From an uncultured delta proteobacterium (GTDB lineage: Bacteria; Myxococcota_A; Polyangia; Polyangiales; Polyangiaceae): a DNA stretch of 64,000 nt. Positions within the stretch are counted from its first letter, which is position 1. Each line of letters starts with the position of its first letter. Under the pieces are notes generated by a model, which searched no databases, had not been told where the DNA came from, and worked only from the letters and a program-made list of their open reading frames with translations. The stretch is from assembly GCA_963850305.1 (NCBI GenBank), contig CAWKKR010000002.1, forward strand, positions 64,001 to 128,000, written 5' to 3'. The translations under genes were made by a program, and so were the position numbers. Positions 50,947 to 61,225 of this stretch are shown here, in pieces.

Positions 50947-52569
50947 ATGATAAACCATACTTATTCGATAGATAAAATAGTTTTTTTGGTTACTTCATTG
51001 ATAACATTATTAGTTATCGCTGGATCTTCGATGGCCCAGGCGCCCGCCGCGCCTCCGCCCGGCGGCCCTTCAGCACCAGTCACGCCACCCGCTGCGAGCC
51101 CTGCGCCGTCGTCCGCCCCCGCAGGCGAGCCGACCGCTCCGTCGACGGCCCCGAGCCCTGTCGTCGCCCCAACCCCACCTGCGCCGAGCTCCGTCGCCGC
51201 GCCTGCCAGCCCACCCGCGACGGGGCCGGAGCCGGCGGTGGCGCCCGCGTCTCCGGCTCCGATCGTTTTACCGGTGGCCCCGTCGGATCCCACGTTGGCG
51301 AGCACCGTCGTCGCGTCCCCGCCGCCACCGGCTTCGAGCGGCGCGCCCGTTCCTTCCAGCGAGAAGGCACGGATGTCTCGTCGCACCGTCGAGCCGAGCG
51401 GCGTCACGTTCACGCCGGGCGAGGGGTTGACCGTCGAGAGCGCCGATCACGACTTTGCCGTCGGCATCGGGTTCCGCTTCCAGCTTCTGTATTCGCTACT
51501 CGACAAGGATCCGGCGAACGGCGCCACGGATCAATCGATTCAGATCCGTCGCGCGCGTCTTCAGTTCGCCGGTCACGCGTTCGGCGAACACAACAAGTAC
51601 CGTCTCGAGCTCGCCGTCTCACCGACGGACGTGGCCATGACCACTCAAGGTGTCACAACGAGCCCGCTCCTCGAGGCGTACACGGAATTCGACTACCTCC
51701 GCGATCTGACGGTCCGGGCCGGGCAATTCAAGGTGCCGTACGATCGCATGCGTGTCACGTCGGACATGGCGCGGCAGCTCGTCGATTATTCGGGCGTGAC
51801 GAGCGAGTTCAGCTTGGATCGCGACATCGGGATCGAGCTCAAATCGAGCGATCTCTTCGGTGCCGGCTTCCTTCGCTATTACGCGACCATCCAATCCGGA
51901 AAAGGACGAAACAGCTTCACCGCGTCCGACATGGGGCTTCTGTATCTCGGTCGGGTGGAGGTACTGCCGTTCGGCCTGTTCGACGACTACACGGAATCCG
52001 ATTTTCAACGCACCGGGCCGCGCCTGAGCATCGGCGGCTCGTTCGTTCGCGTCGTGGACGCGCGGCTCGATCGTGGAACCGTCGGCACGGCGCCTCTGGA
52101 TGCAGGGGGCACCACGAATTTCAACATGGCGGAAGCGGACGCCATGTTCAAGATGCACGGCTTTTCGGCGCTCGGTGGCTTTTACTACCGCGCCGGCGCT
52201 CGGAACGAAGGCAAGCTCGTCGACGCGACGGGCAAGGCGATCCTCGGCTCCTCCGGTAAGCCGATCACCGGACCGACCGCGACGCGCGACGGCACGGGTT
52301 TCGTCGTGCAAGCGGGCTACCTGCTGCCGTACACTTCGTTCGAGGTTGCCGGGCGATACGGGAAGATCGCGGGGTCGTCGGACGCTGGCCACAACGCTCT
52401 TCAGGCCTCCATCGAATCCCACAAGAACGGGAGCGAGCTCGGCGGCGGGTTGAACTACTATTTCGCGCAGCACGACCTGAAACTGCAGACCGATTACCTC
52501 CGCATCTACACCGATGACCTGTCGAACGGCTACAACCAGGTTCGCGTCCAGCTGCAGCTCGTGATGTGA
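50947..52569 (+). CDS. Porin (OprO/OprP-like) with a Pro/Ala-rich N-terminal linker
   Basis: Signal peptide; IRRARL, AGQFKVPY, LDRDIG, GLNYYF..H.LKLQ.DY motifs. Confidence 0.8.
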   Translation: MINHTYSIDKIVFLVTSLITLLVIAGSSMAQAPAAPPPGGPSAPVTPPAASPAPSSAPAGEPTAPSTAPSPVVAPTPPAPSSVAAPASPPATGPEPAVAPASPAPIVLPVAPSDPTLASTVVASPPPPASSGAPVPSSEKARMSRRTVEPSGVTFTPGEGLTVESADHDFAVGIGFRFQLLYSLLDKDPANGATDQSIQIRRARLQFAGHAFGEHNKYRLELAVSPTDVAMTTQGVTTSPLLEAYTEFDYLRDLTVRAGQFKVPYDRMRVTSDMARQLVDYSGVTSEFSLDRDIGIELKSSDLFGAGFLRYYATIQSGKGRNSFTASDMGLLYLGRVEVLPFGLFDDYTESDFQRTGPRLSIGGSFVRVVDARLDRGTVGTAPLDAGGTTNFNMAEADAMFKMHGFSALGGFYYRAGARNEGKLVDATGKAILGSSGKPITGPTATRDGTGFVVQAGYLLPYTSFEVAGRYGKIAGSSDAGHNALQASIESHKNGSELGGGLNYYFAQHDLKLQTDYLRIYTDDLSNGYNQVRVQLQLVM

Positions 52570-52914
52570 GCCGCCATCAGGTCTCGGGTTCACGCGCGAG
52601 CCACTTCGCGAGCGTCTTGTCATCGATGCCGAGCGTTTCGGCCGTGAGTAGCTTTCGATCCAGCGCGCATATCGCCCCCGGGATTTGAACCTCCGATCTT
52701 GCGTGGCCAGCCACTACAACGTGAGAGCCGCACCGGCGCGCTTCAGAACCGCATCGTCAGCCTCTCCCGGCGCTCTTCTCCCTCGCCTTGCCCGCCAGCG
52801 GATCCACCAACGCGCGTATGAGCTCACAGTGGCTCGCATCTCGGGCGGGACATCCGGAACGGTGGGAACGCAAACGGCGGCGGCGCGGTCCGGCTGCTCT
52901 GCGGAGCCTGCCGG

Positions 52915-53104
52915 TCACGAAGCGGCTGCGGCTCCCCGGCACTGTGACTCTTCGTCGAGGAGCGTCGCCATGGCGACCAGATCCTCGGGGGGTCAGGTCG
53001 TCCGGGTCGGCGCCGACTGCGGCGGCAAGTTCTTCAACTTCTTCCACGTTGATTCCGAGCGTGATGGCGGCCTGTTCCGGATTCAGTCCTCCTGGTGGGG
53101 GCAT
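52915..53104 (-). pseudogene. Small HTH-like ORF remnant
   Basis: LNPEQAAITLGINVEEVEEL, with a frame break in a G-run near 52990. Confidence 0.35.
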
Positions 53105-53445
53105 CCCGAGATTGCCTCCGCGCCAGCACGCACGACGCCAAACGTGCTCCTCGGCCCCGCCAATTCTTCGCCAAGCGACTCGGCCCACTCCCCCGCGCCC
53201 ACTCCCAATACGTGTTCAAACCCTCGCAACCAGCGTCAACATCAGTCCCGCTTCCTCCTGCGTCATGCCGCCGAGCCACGGGGGAAAAACCTCGTAGATC
53301 GGTGCGATCTCGTGGGACGCTAACGGTGTACTAACCTGAGTGGCCCGCTGGGGTCGCCCCCAAAAACCCGCCCGAAAGTGACTGTTCAAAACGTGACACG
53401 CCACTGACGAACGGACGGCGCCCGATCCCCAATACTGCGGGGACG

Positions 53446-54921
53446 ATGTCCATTCACTCGCCGGCCACCGCGTCGTCCGGGAGACCGCCCCGAGGGTTGC
53501 TCGTCATCTCGGACATGCACCTCGGGAGCGACATCGGCGATTCGCAATCCCCGCCGCCGCCCGCTCGCTCGGAGAGCGTCGATGACGACCTCTGCGCGCT
53601 CCTCGATCACTACCGCGAGACTCGCGTCGATGGCGAGCCGTGGCACCTCGTGATCAATGGCGACTTCATCGACTTCATCGGGATCGCTCTCGACGCCTCG
53701 ACTCCGCTCCTGTCGACGGAGCCGACGGAAGAAGAGCGGGCACACGGCCTCGGAACGGCGGAAGACCACGCCTGCGTCAAGCTCGCTCGCGTCGCCCGGC
53801 GTCACCGGGATGTGTTCTCGTCGCTCGCCCGGTTCGTCGATGCAGGCCATCAGCTCGTGATCGTGCCCGGGAATCACGATCGGGAATTTCACTGGGAGAG
53901 GGTGAGGGCCGACTTCCGAGCACTCCTCTTTCGAGCGAGCCCTGCGGCAGCAGGGACGAAGGAGAGCGAAGCGGCTTTCTTCGGGCGCGTCCGTTTCTCG
54001 TCATGGTTTCACTGGATCGAGGGCGTCGCGTACATCGAGCACGGCCACCAGTACGACACATTCTGTTCGACCGAGCACGTGATCGCGCCGCACTCGCCGC
54101 TCGATCCCCGGCGACTCTTGCCCGGGTTCAGCGACGTGCTTCTCCGGTTCGTCGTGCACCCGACGGCCGGCATTCGCCAGTGCGATCACGATCGCATGGG
54201 CATGGTCGACTACGTGACGCTCGCGGCCCGGCTCGGCCTGCGTGGCGGCGTCAGTCTGCTCCGCCGCTACGTGAGCGCCATCGTCGAGCTGTTCCGGCTC
54301 CGCCGGGTCTCCCTCGGCGACGCGGCCCGGGCGCTCCGTGCGGAGCACGAGCGGCGGATCTCGCATTTCGCCGAGACTATGCGGATCGACCTTCACCGAC
54401 TCCACGCGCTCGTCGAGCTCCAGGCGCGTCCCGTGACGCGCACGGTCCGGGGGATCATGGCAAGCTTGCTCCTCGACGAGCTGGCGCTGGCGCTGCTGTC
54501 GGTCAGTGTGCTGTCAGTCCTCGAAGTCCTCGGATTCCGGGTCCACCACTTCTTCTTCGCGTGGGCGACGGCGGTCGTCCTTCCCGCGTGGTGGCTCATC
54601 CACCGATACCTGCGAAGCACGCGGCACGTCGATCCACGCCACGAGCTCGCCGCGCGAGCGGCCCCCCTGGCGAAGCTGTTCCCGGCCGCGTTCGTCGTCA
54701 TGGGTCACACCCACGTACCGGCGTGCGCCGTCATCGATGAAGGCGGCGCGACCTACGTCAACACGGGCTCCTGGTCGGAAGACGAGGGCGCGCATCCCGC
54801 GGCGACGTTCGCGCACCGTGCCGCGCGCACGCACCTCGTCATCCGCGTCCGCGACACCGGGCCCGAGGCCGAGCTCCTCGCCTGGGGAGCGAATGGACCA
54901 ACGCGGTTCGTTTCCGGGTAA
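53446..54921 (+). CDS. Calcineurin-like metallophosphoesterase with inserted TM helices
   Basis: SDMHLG, NGDFID, PGNHD, EHGH, MGHTH, NTGSW motifs. Confidence 0.85.
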   Translation: MSIHSPATASSGRPPRGLLVISDMHLGSDIGDSQSPPPPARSESVDDDLCALLDHYRETRVDGEPWHLVINGDFIDFIGIALDASTPLLSTEPTEEERAHGLGTAEDHACVKLARVARRHRDVFSSLARFVDAGHQLVIVPGNHDREFHWERVRADFRALLFRASPAAAGTKESEAAFFGRVRFSSWFHWIEGVAYIEHGHQYDTFCSTEHVIAPHSPLDPRRLLPGFSDVLLRFVVHPTAGIRQCDHDRMGMVDYVTLAARLGLRGGVSLLRRYVSAIVELFRLRRVSLGDAARALRAEHERRISHFAETMRIDLHRLHALVELQARPVTRTVRGIMASLLLDELALALLSVSVLSVLEVLGFRVHHFFFAWATAVVLPAWWLIHRYLRSTRHVDPRHELAARAAPLAKLFPAAFVVMGHTHVPACAVIDEGGATYVNTGSWSEDEGAHPAATFAHRAARTHLVIRVRDTGPEAELLAWGANGPTRFVSG

Positions 54922-55519
54922 CGCCTCTGCGAAGCCGGGCGCCCGCCGTCGCTCATGCAGGATGCGACGCTCGACCTCACGGCGCGGTGAGCAGCACGCG
55001 CGGGTAGTCATGGGCGAGCCGGGCGACGTCGTCGCACGGTCGACAAAGCGCGGTCACACGCCCCATCGGGATACCGACCTTCGAGGACATGCCGTAGTGT
55101 GCCCTGGAGTCGCGCGACGCTCCGCGCACGGGACCGCGTACAGATGCACGATCATGCCCGCTCTGCCTCCGAATCCAGTGCGATGCGACCGTGAGGACGG
55201 ACTCACGACATGCTCGACGATCGAGAGAGTCTTCCGGCAACCCTCGCCGGTCGATTCCCGCTGAACGGCAGAAACGCGACGCGGGTGGCTCGTGCCTCTG
55301 CTTCGCCCGCGCGTCGTGGGTGCCCGCCGATGGTCGCGCCGAACACTCAACGGTCGTGGTCGGAGATGGCACCCCATGCCACACGCACGCACCGGTGACC
55401 CGTCCGGTGACCCGTGGGATCGCCGTTCTTCACACGTGTGGTAGCCGGCGCACATTAGCACTACTGTCAGAAATTCCGTCATGCGGCACGGGTAGGTTGC
55501 TCCTGCGGGCATCGCGAAG

Positions 55520-55960
55520 GTGGATGTGGCTGGTGACAGAGGGGGCAGCGCGGGAGCCAGCGGGCGAGGAAGAGGTACGTTGAACATTGTGTCCCTCTTG
55601 GGCGTCCTTTTTGACGCGGGCGATGCGGGGGATGCGTGCTTGGATTCCTGTCTTGCGCCGAACTATGTCGCGTTGGGACCTCGGGTAGAATTGCAGCCGT
55701 TTCCTAGAGGGATAGAAGGAGTAGTCGTACCTTGGGTTGGTGCCGCACTCGGCATAGCCATATTCGATGGTCCGAACGCGAAGTCCCGTCCGCTCGAAAC
55801 CACCCTCGATGTCGGAATCGACCTTTACCCGGTCAAAGCATTTGCGATCGGCTTATACTTGGGGACGGATAGATTTCTCACGGACCCGTTGAAGGTCGAT
55901 CCCCACGTTGAAGCGTCGGAGGACGTCTCCCTGGGGCTCCGCGTCGCAGCGCGGTTCTAA
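55520..55960 (+). CDS. Hypothetical outer-membrane beta-strand protein or fragment
   Basis: Alternating beta pattern, C-terminal Phe, no clear signal peptide. Confidence 0.4.
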   Translation: MDVAGDRGGSAGASGRGRGTLNIVSLLGVLFDAGDAGDACLDSCLAPNYVALGPRVELQPFPRGIEGVVVPWVGAALGIAIFDGPNAKSRPLETTLDVGIDLYPVKAFAIGLYLGTDRFLTDPLKVDPHVEASEDVSLGLRVAARF

Positions 55961-56002
55961 ACTGCCGTCGTCATGGTGCGCCGCCGGCGCCCGAGCGCGA
56001 GA

Positions 56003-56680
56003 TCACCACACGAACGGGACGAGCCGGCGCCTCACGCGGCGTCGATACTCCGCATAGCCGGGCAGGCTCGCCGCGAGCAGCCTCTCTTCCGCGATCAGGC
56101 GCCTCACGATCGCGGCGGTCAGCGGCACGACGGCGAGGAGCGCCCACCACGAACCGAGTGCGAGCGGCGTCGCGGCGACCAGCACGAGCCCGCCGGCGTA
56201 CATCGGGTGACGGATCACCGCATACGGCCCGGTCGTGACCACCGCCTGCTCGCGCTCGACCGCGATCACGGCCGACGTGAACGAGTTCGCGCGGAACACC
56301 CGGAACACGATCCACAGCGCGAGCGCGACGAGCGCGTCGCCGGCGACCGCGACGCCCGGCGGTACGCGCGACCAGCCGTGCCGGCGATCGAGCCCCGAGA
56401 TCACGAACAGCGCGACGAACGCCAGCGAGGCGATCGCCTGGATCACCTGCTGCCCGCGCTCCGGCTCCGCGAGCGGACCTGCCTTCACGCGGCGCGCGAG
56501 CAGCGCGGGATCGCGGCGGGCCAGATCGATCGTGATCGCGAGCACCGCGCTGGCGAACACCGCGAGGAACGCCCACGCCTGCCAGTACGCGAGCGTCCAG
56601 GCCGGGACGAACAGCGCCGTCGCGAGCACGGCGAGCAGGAACGCGAGCCCCGCCGCCGCCTGCCGGGTCACCTCGGTCAC
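56003..56680 (-). CDS. Isoprenylcysteine carboxylmethyltransferase-family membrane protein
   Basis: TGPYAVIRHPMY and EERLL...LPGYAEY motifs. Confidence 0.88.
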   Translation of the reverse strand: MTEVTRQAAAGLAFLLAVLATALFVPAWTLAYWQAWAFLAVFASAVLAITIDLARRDPALLARRVKAGPLAEPERGQQVIQAIASLAFVALFVISGLDRRHGWSRVPPGVAVAGDALVALALWIVFRVFRANSFTSAVIAVEREQAVVTTGPYAVIRHPMYAGGLVLVAATPLALGSWWALLAVVPLTAAIVRRLIAEERLLAASLPGYAEYRRRVRRRLVPFVW

Positions 56681-56913
56681 CTCGCAAGAGTGCCAGCGCG
56701 CCGGAGGTCAGGCGATCCAAACGTGCCCCGCCGTGTCATCCCGCCGCTCCCCCGCCGTCCCAGCGACGGATCCGAGCCGTCGGGGCCGGAGAATTTCGCG
56801 TAAAGTGAGATTGACGGCAGGGGCGGCGCGGGGTTGGTGCGTCTCGGGCGCAGCGCCCTCGCGCTCGGCGCCTCCGTCCCTCCGGTGTCGAACTCGCGAG
56901 CGGGACCACGGCG

Positions 56914-57699
56914 CTAGAGCGTGCCGCGTAGGCCTAGGCTCCATTCTCCGCCGGGGCCCGAGTCGTTGTCGCTCAGGGAGCCGCCGATCCGGAACTGTAG
57001 GCGTGACGTGAGCGGCAGATATGCGGCGAGGTCGCCGCGCAATGCGGAGTCGTCGAAGAGGGAGGCTCCTGCGCGGAAAGCTCCGAGGCGTGCCTCCAGA
57101 TCGATGGGCCCGGCAGCGACGTCCGCGCCGCAATAAAATCCGGGATGGCGGAGCGTCGTCACGAACGGGCTTCCGATGCCGAGGACCCCGCGCGCGACCC
57201 CGGCCGGGCCGATCCGGAGCTCCCCCGACGGCAGAAAGAGTGCGCTCGGTGATTGATCCGTCGCGTTCGCCCAGCCCTGGTACAGATTGCCGCCGAGCTC
57301 GAGGCCGAAGTAACGGAACTGATATCCGAGTCGCACCTGTCCGCCGAACATGAGTCGCGGCGGGAGCGCAGGCTGCGTGCACGTGCACGGCTCTCCCAAC
57401 GCGGACTCGGGGCACGAGCAGCTCTGCCCGATCTTGACGGTCTCTTCCTCGACGGCCCCGGCGAGATCCGCGGTGACGCCGGTGCCCCCGAGGCGCGCGG
57501 TGTTCTCGGCGAATCGCGCGTGCACGGCGCCGCCCACGTAATTGACCCGCGCTCGTGGCCCGCACGTCCATACCCCGGCGCCGGTGCCGCCGTAGCTCGC
57601 CCCCTCGACGTCTGTTTCCCCCGACGCGCGCACGCGGGACGGCGCGGTCATCGCGATGCCGAGAACCCCGGCGAGCAAGAGCCATCTTCGATTCGTCAT
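56914..57699 (-). CDS. Hypothetical exported/outer-membrane protein
   Basis: Signal peptide MTNRRWLLLAGVLGIAM..VRA and amphipathic beta strands. Confidence 0.6.
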   Translation of the reverse strand: MTNRRWLLLAGVLGIAMTAPSRVRASGETDVEGASYGGTGAGVWTCGPRARVNYVGGAVHARFAENTARLGGTGVTADLAGAVEEETVKIGQSCSCPESALGEPCTCTQPALPPRLMFGGQVRLGYQFRYFGLELGGNLYQGWANATDQSPSALFLPSGELRIGPAGVARGVLGIGSPFVTTLRHPGFYCGADVAAGPIDLEARLGAFRAGASLFDDSALRGDLAAYLPLTSRLQFRIGGSLSDNDSGPGGEWSLGLRGTL

Positions 57700-57941
57700 C
57701 GTCGATGACGCGCAGCAACGCGCATGCCCGAGCCTTATGCCGGAAACGGCGGTCGACCCGCCATCGAAATTCCCTCGGGCGCGGCGCCACTTGCCCACCC
57801 TCGCTGCGCTCGGTAGTTCCGCCGGGCGTGTTGGCGAAGGGCGGACGGCCCCGTGCTCCGCGAGAACTCGAAGCGAGTGGCAGCGCGTCCAGCGGCCCTT
57901 CAGAGCCTCTGCTCGATCTGTGACGACGCGGCTCGGAGGGT

Positions 57942-58886
57942 TCAGTTCACGGTCGGGCGGAGCGGTCCGGTGCGGTCCGTACTGCGAGCCGCGGCCGCCA
58001 GCGCGCTCGCGAACGCGAGGATGTTCTCGTAACGGTCCTCCGGGAGCAACGACGTTGCCTTTCGAAGGACCGTGTCCACGGCGCCCGGCACCTGGGGCGC
58101 CACGTCGGACACGGGTTGGAGGGCAGCCCTGGATAGCGCCCCAATCGTCCGAGGCGTATCCCGCCCGAACGCCTTCTGCCCGGCGAGCAACTCGTACACC
58201 ACCGCGGCAAGAGAGAACTGGTCCGCGCGATGGTCGAGGGCGTGGCCGGCGAGCGCTTGCTCGGGGGCCATGTAGCTCGGCGTGCCGACCGGCACTCGAG
58301 GCTCGGCGCCGGCCGCCCGCGTGTCGACGCTGATGCCGAAGTCGAGGAGCTTCACCACCTCGGAGCCGCGGCACCGTGCCAGGAAGATGTTCGCTGGCTT
58401 CAGGTCACAGTGCACCAGGCCCCGTGCGTGCACCTCCGACAGCGCGGACGCGACCTGAGAGATGATGGCGACGACCTTCGAGAGCGGCAGTCGACCAGTC
58501 CGGCCAAGGCGCTGCGCGCCAGTCTCGCCCTCGAGGTACTCGAGCACGAGAAACGGCCCGGCTTCGTCCTCGTCGAAATCCAGCACTCGCACGACGTTCG
58601 GATGGTCCACCTTCGCGAGAGCTCTCGCTTCTCCGCGAAAGAGCTCGAGCAGCGTCGGCTCCGCTTCGCACTGGGAACGGGGCACCTTCACGGCGACTCG
58701 GCGGTCGAGCCGCCGATGAACTGCCCGGTAGACGGCGCCCATTCCGCCTTCTGCAATCAACCGTTCGATCCGGTAGGTGCGGCACAGCGTCCGGCCCGCA
58801 TCGCCGTCCGAGGTCGCGGGCTCCGAGCGTCCCCCCGAGGGTGGCGCCCAAGGTGGGTCGGAAGGGCTGACTTGAGTCGTGTCCAT
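57942..58886 (-). CDS. Serine/threonine protein kinase
   Basis: EGGMGAVY, VAVK, HCDLKPAN, DFG, GTPSYMAPE motifs. Confidence 0.92.
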   Translation of the reverse strand: MDTTQVSPSDPPWAPPSGGRSEPATSDGDAGRTLCRTYRIERLIAEGGMGAVYRAVHRRLDRRVAVKVPRSQCEAEPTLLELFRGEARALAKVDHPNVVRVLDFDEDEAGPFLVLEYLEGETGAQRLGRTGRLPLSKVVAIISQVASALSEVHARGLVHCDLKPANIFLARCRGSEVVKLLDFGISVDTRAAGAEPRVPVGTPSYMAPEQALAGHALDHRADQFSLAAVVYELLAGQKAFGRDTPRTIGALSRAALQPVSDVAPQVPGAVDTVLRKATSLLPEDRYENILAFASALAAAARSTDRTGPLRPTVN

Positions 58887-58907
58887 CTCGGGCTTGCGAG
58901 CTCAATC

Positions 58908-58922
58908 GCAATGTTCGTGCCG
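58908..58922 (-). promoter_or_regulatory. Sigma-54 promoter of the kinase
   Basis: CGGCACGAACATTGC, a near-perfect -24/-12 element about 22 nt upstream of the ATG. Confidence 0.7.
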
Positions 58923-59255
58923 ACCGCCCGATCGAAGGCAAGCGGCTGGATTCGGACTGCTCTGCGCGCGTCGAGCGCCTCCGTGCGCTTCGCGCCCGAT
59001 CGACGCAGGGCTTGCACGGGGGCGCGTCCCGTGCATTCGCCGGACGTCCGCCCGAGCGCTCTACGCCTGCGCCGGTTTCACCTTTTCGCCGCGAGCGTTC
59101 GGACTGGGACTCGCGGCGCGTGGAATGGATCGCTTCCTGCAGCGTCGGGGTTTCGAACACGATGAAACGCGTGCAGTCTCGCCCCTGGCGCGTCCCGCCT
59201 CCAGGGCCATGGGCGTGCCCGCCACGTTTCCGTCCGGGTTCTGAACGGCGGATGC

Positions 59256-60447
59256 ATGCCACGGAACGAGGAAGCACGGGAGCAGGCGGCGTCGCTCATG
59301 CTGAGCTTTGCCGAGCGAACGGGGCTCACGTCGGACCGCCCGAAGCAACGCTACCTCTGGACGGACGCGTTCGCCGTCTGCACGTTCCTCGGTCTCGCAC
59401 GCACGACTGGAGAGCGGCGCTTCGCCGAGCTGGCGCTCGATTCTGGTCGACCAGGTGCATCGCGTTCTCGGACGCCACAGGGAGGATGATCACCGAGCGG
59501 GGTGGTTGAGCGGGCTCGGGGACCAGGAAGGCGAAGCTCACCCCACCCGTGGTGGGCTCCGCATTGGTAAGAAGCTACAGGAGCGACGACCAGGAGAGCC
59601 TTTCGACGAGTCGCTCGAGTGGGATCGCGACGGCCAGTACTTTCACTATCTGACGAAATGGATGCATGCGCTCGACGTCGTCTCGAGGTCGACGGGCAAT
59701 CCGCGCTTCGGTGGCTGGGCGACGGAGCTTGCCCAAGTGGCCCACGCGGCCTTCGTGTACGAGCCCAGAGGGAGCGCGGGACGTCGTCGGATGTTTTGGA
59801 AGATGAGCATCGACCTGTCTCGCTCGCTCGTCCCTTCCATGGGACAGCACGATCCGCTGGATGGGCTCGTCACCTTCACGCAGCTCGACACGTCGCATGA
59901 CGGTCATCGAGCGCCGATGCTCGGCTCGGCCATCGCGGATTTTGCGGCCATGGTCGAGCGCACCAATCTGCGAACGGCTGACCCGCTCGGCCTCGGCGGC
60001 CTCCTGTCGGACGCCGGCCGCGTCGCGACGCTCATGGGCTCCGGGGCGTTCCCCGGCTCGCGCGTCCTTACGACCTTGCTCAGGGCAGCCGAGGAAGGGC
60101 TCTCTTACTACTCGTCACGCGACGAGCTCCGGCAGCCTGCTTCGAGGCGTCTGGCCTTCCGGGAGCTTGGGCTCGCGATCGGCCTTTCGGCGATCGCGCT
60201 CATCGACGAGCAAGCGAGGAAGGGGCAAGAGAGCATCGCCGAGCGGGAGCAAGTGTTCGCTCTTCTGACGGCCCTCTCGTCGCATGGCACGCTCGGCACC
60301 GCGATTGAATCGTTCTGGTTGGGCTCCGAGAACCGGCGTGCGAGAACGTGGTCGGACCATCGCGACATCAACGACGTGATGCTCGCGACCTGTCTTGCGC
60401 CCGAGGGTTATCTCGTATTGCCGGAGTGGCCCCGCCGTCGCCCCTGA
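59256..60447 (+). CDS. Conserved-looking hypothetical protein, with a +1 frameshift near 59441
   Basis: RYLWTDAFAVC in one frame continues as LVDQVHRVLG...GGLRIGK...DGQYFHYLTKWMHAL...H.DINDVMLAT. Confidence 0.7.
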
Positions 60448-61225
60448 AAGGGGATGCGTCGAGACTCGAACGGCAGCCAGTACACCGCGACCCGCGGTGG
60501 CCGCCCCCGCGGCGCGCTGCTGCGACGCCGAGATCCCGCGCTCGACGGCAGCGCGCTGGAGCCGCCGCGGCCTCGGGGAAAACGTCTCGCTCGGCCCGGA
60601 TGACGGTGGTCTCGCGCTGCGGGACGGCGTCGCCAAGCTGGAGCAGCGGGTGGCGATGTTGACGGCGGTTCGACTCGTCCTTGTGCTGAATGCGGTGTGA
60701 GCACCTCTGTAGCCCTACATGACGGTTCGGCGCGACCTCTTCGAGGTCGTTCCGCTGCGCGCGGCGCTGAGCCAGCGCAACGCTTGCTCCTTGTCCAACG
60801 GCTTCGTTGTTCCGTCTGATTCTCTGATCGCCCAAACGGCCGTCAAGGTTCGAACAATCACGAACAACCCGATCCAAAAGAGAGCTTGCATCGTCGTTCT
60901 TCGTTTCTTCTTCGGGTGCCGAGTGTGCTGACCGAGCCGACGCATTGCGGCTGGCCGTCACGCGAAAGAAAGATGGCTCACCCGTGGTCCCGACGTTGTC
61001 AAATCCGCGGCGCTGCACCTCACGAAGACATAACGAACGCGAGCCGTGAGGGATCCGCCCGACTCCTTCACCAAATCTTGACGGATCGGCCATGCCTCTT
61101 GATGTCGCGCTGACATGCCCGTGGGTACCTTTGAAGCGCTCCGGCACACCGCCTGGCAGCCCTCGTGAAACGGGGAGCGCTCGCGGTCTCGAGCACGTCT
61201 CGCGCGGACATCGAAGGACCAAGAT

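Larger units (their letters stand above)
39766..53358. mobile_element. Decayed integrative island at tRNA-Glu
   Basis: CCCGCTGGGGTCGCC at 39766-39780 (tRNA 3' end) repeated at 53344-53358; integrase remnant at the left end; several pseudogenes inside. Confidence 0.62.

Noticed and set aside
52672..52700. GGTTCAAATCC T-loop-like motif on the minus strand
   Set aside because: No acceptor, D or anticodon arms could be folded.
55484..55500. CGGCACG...TTGC sigma-54-like element
   Set aside because: GG-to-GC spacing is 12 nt rather than the required 10.
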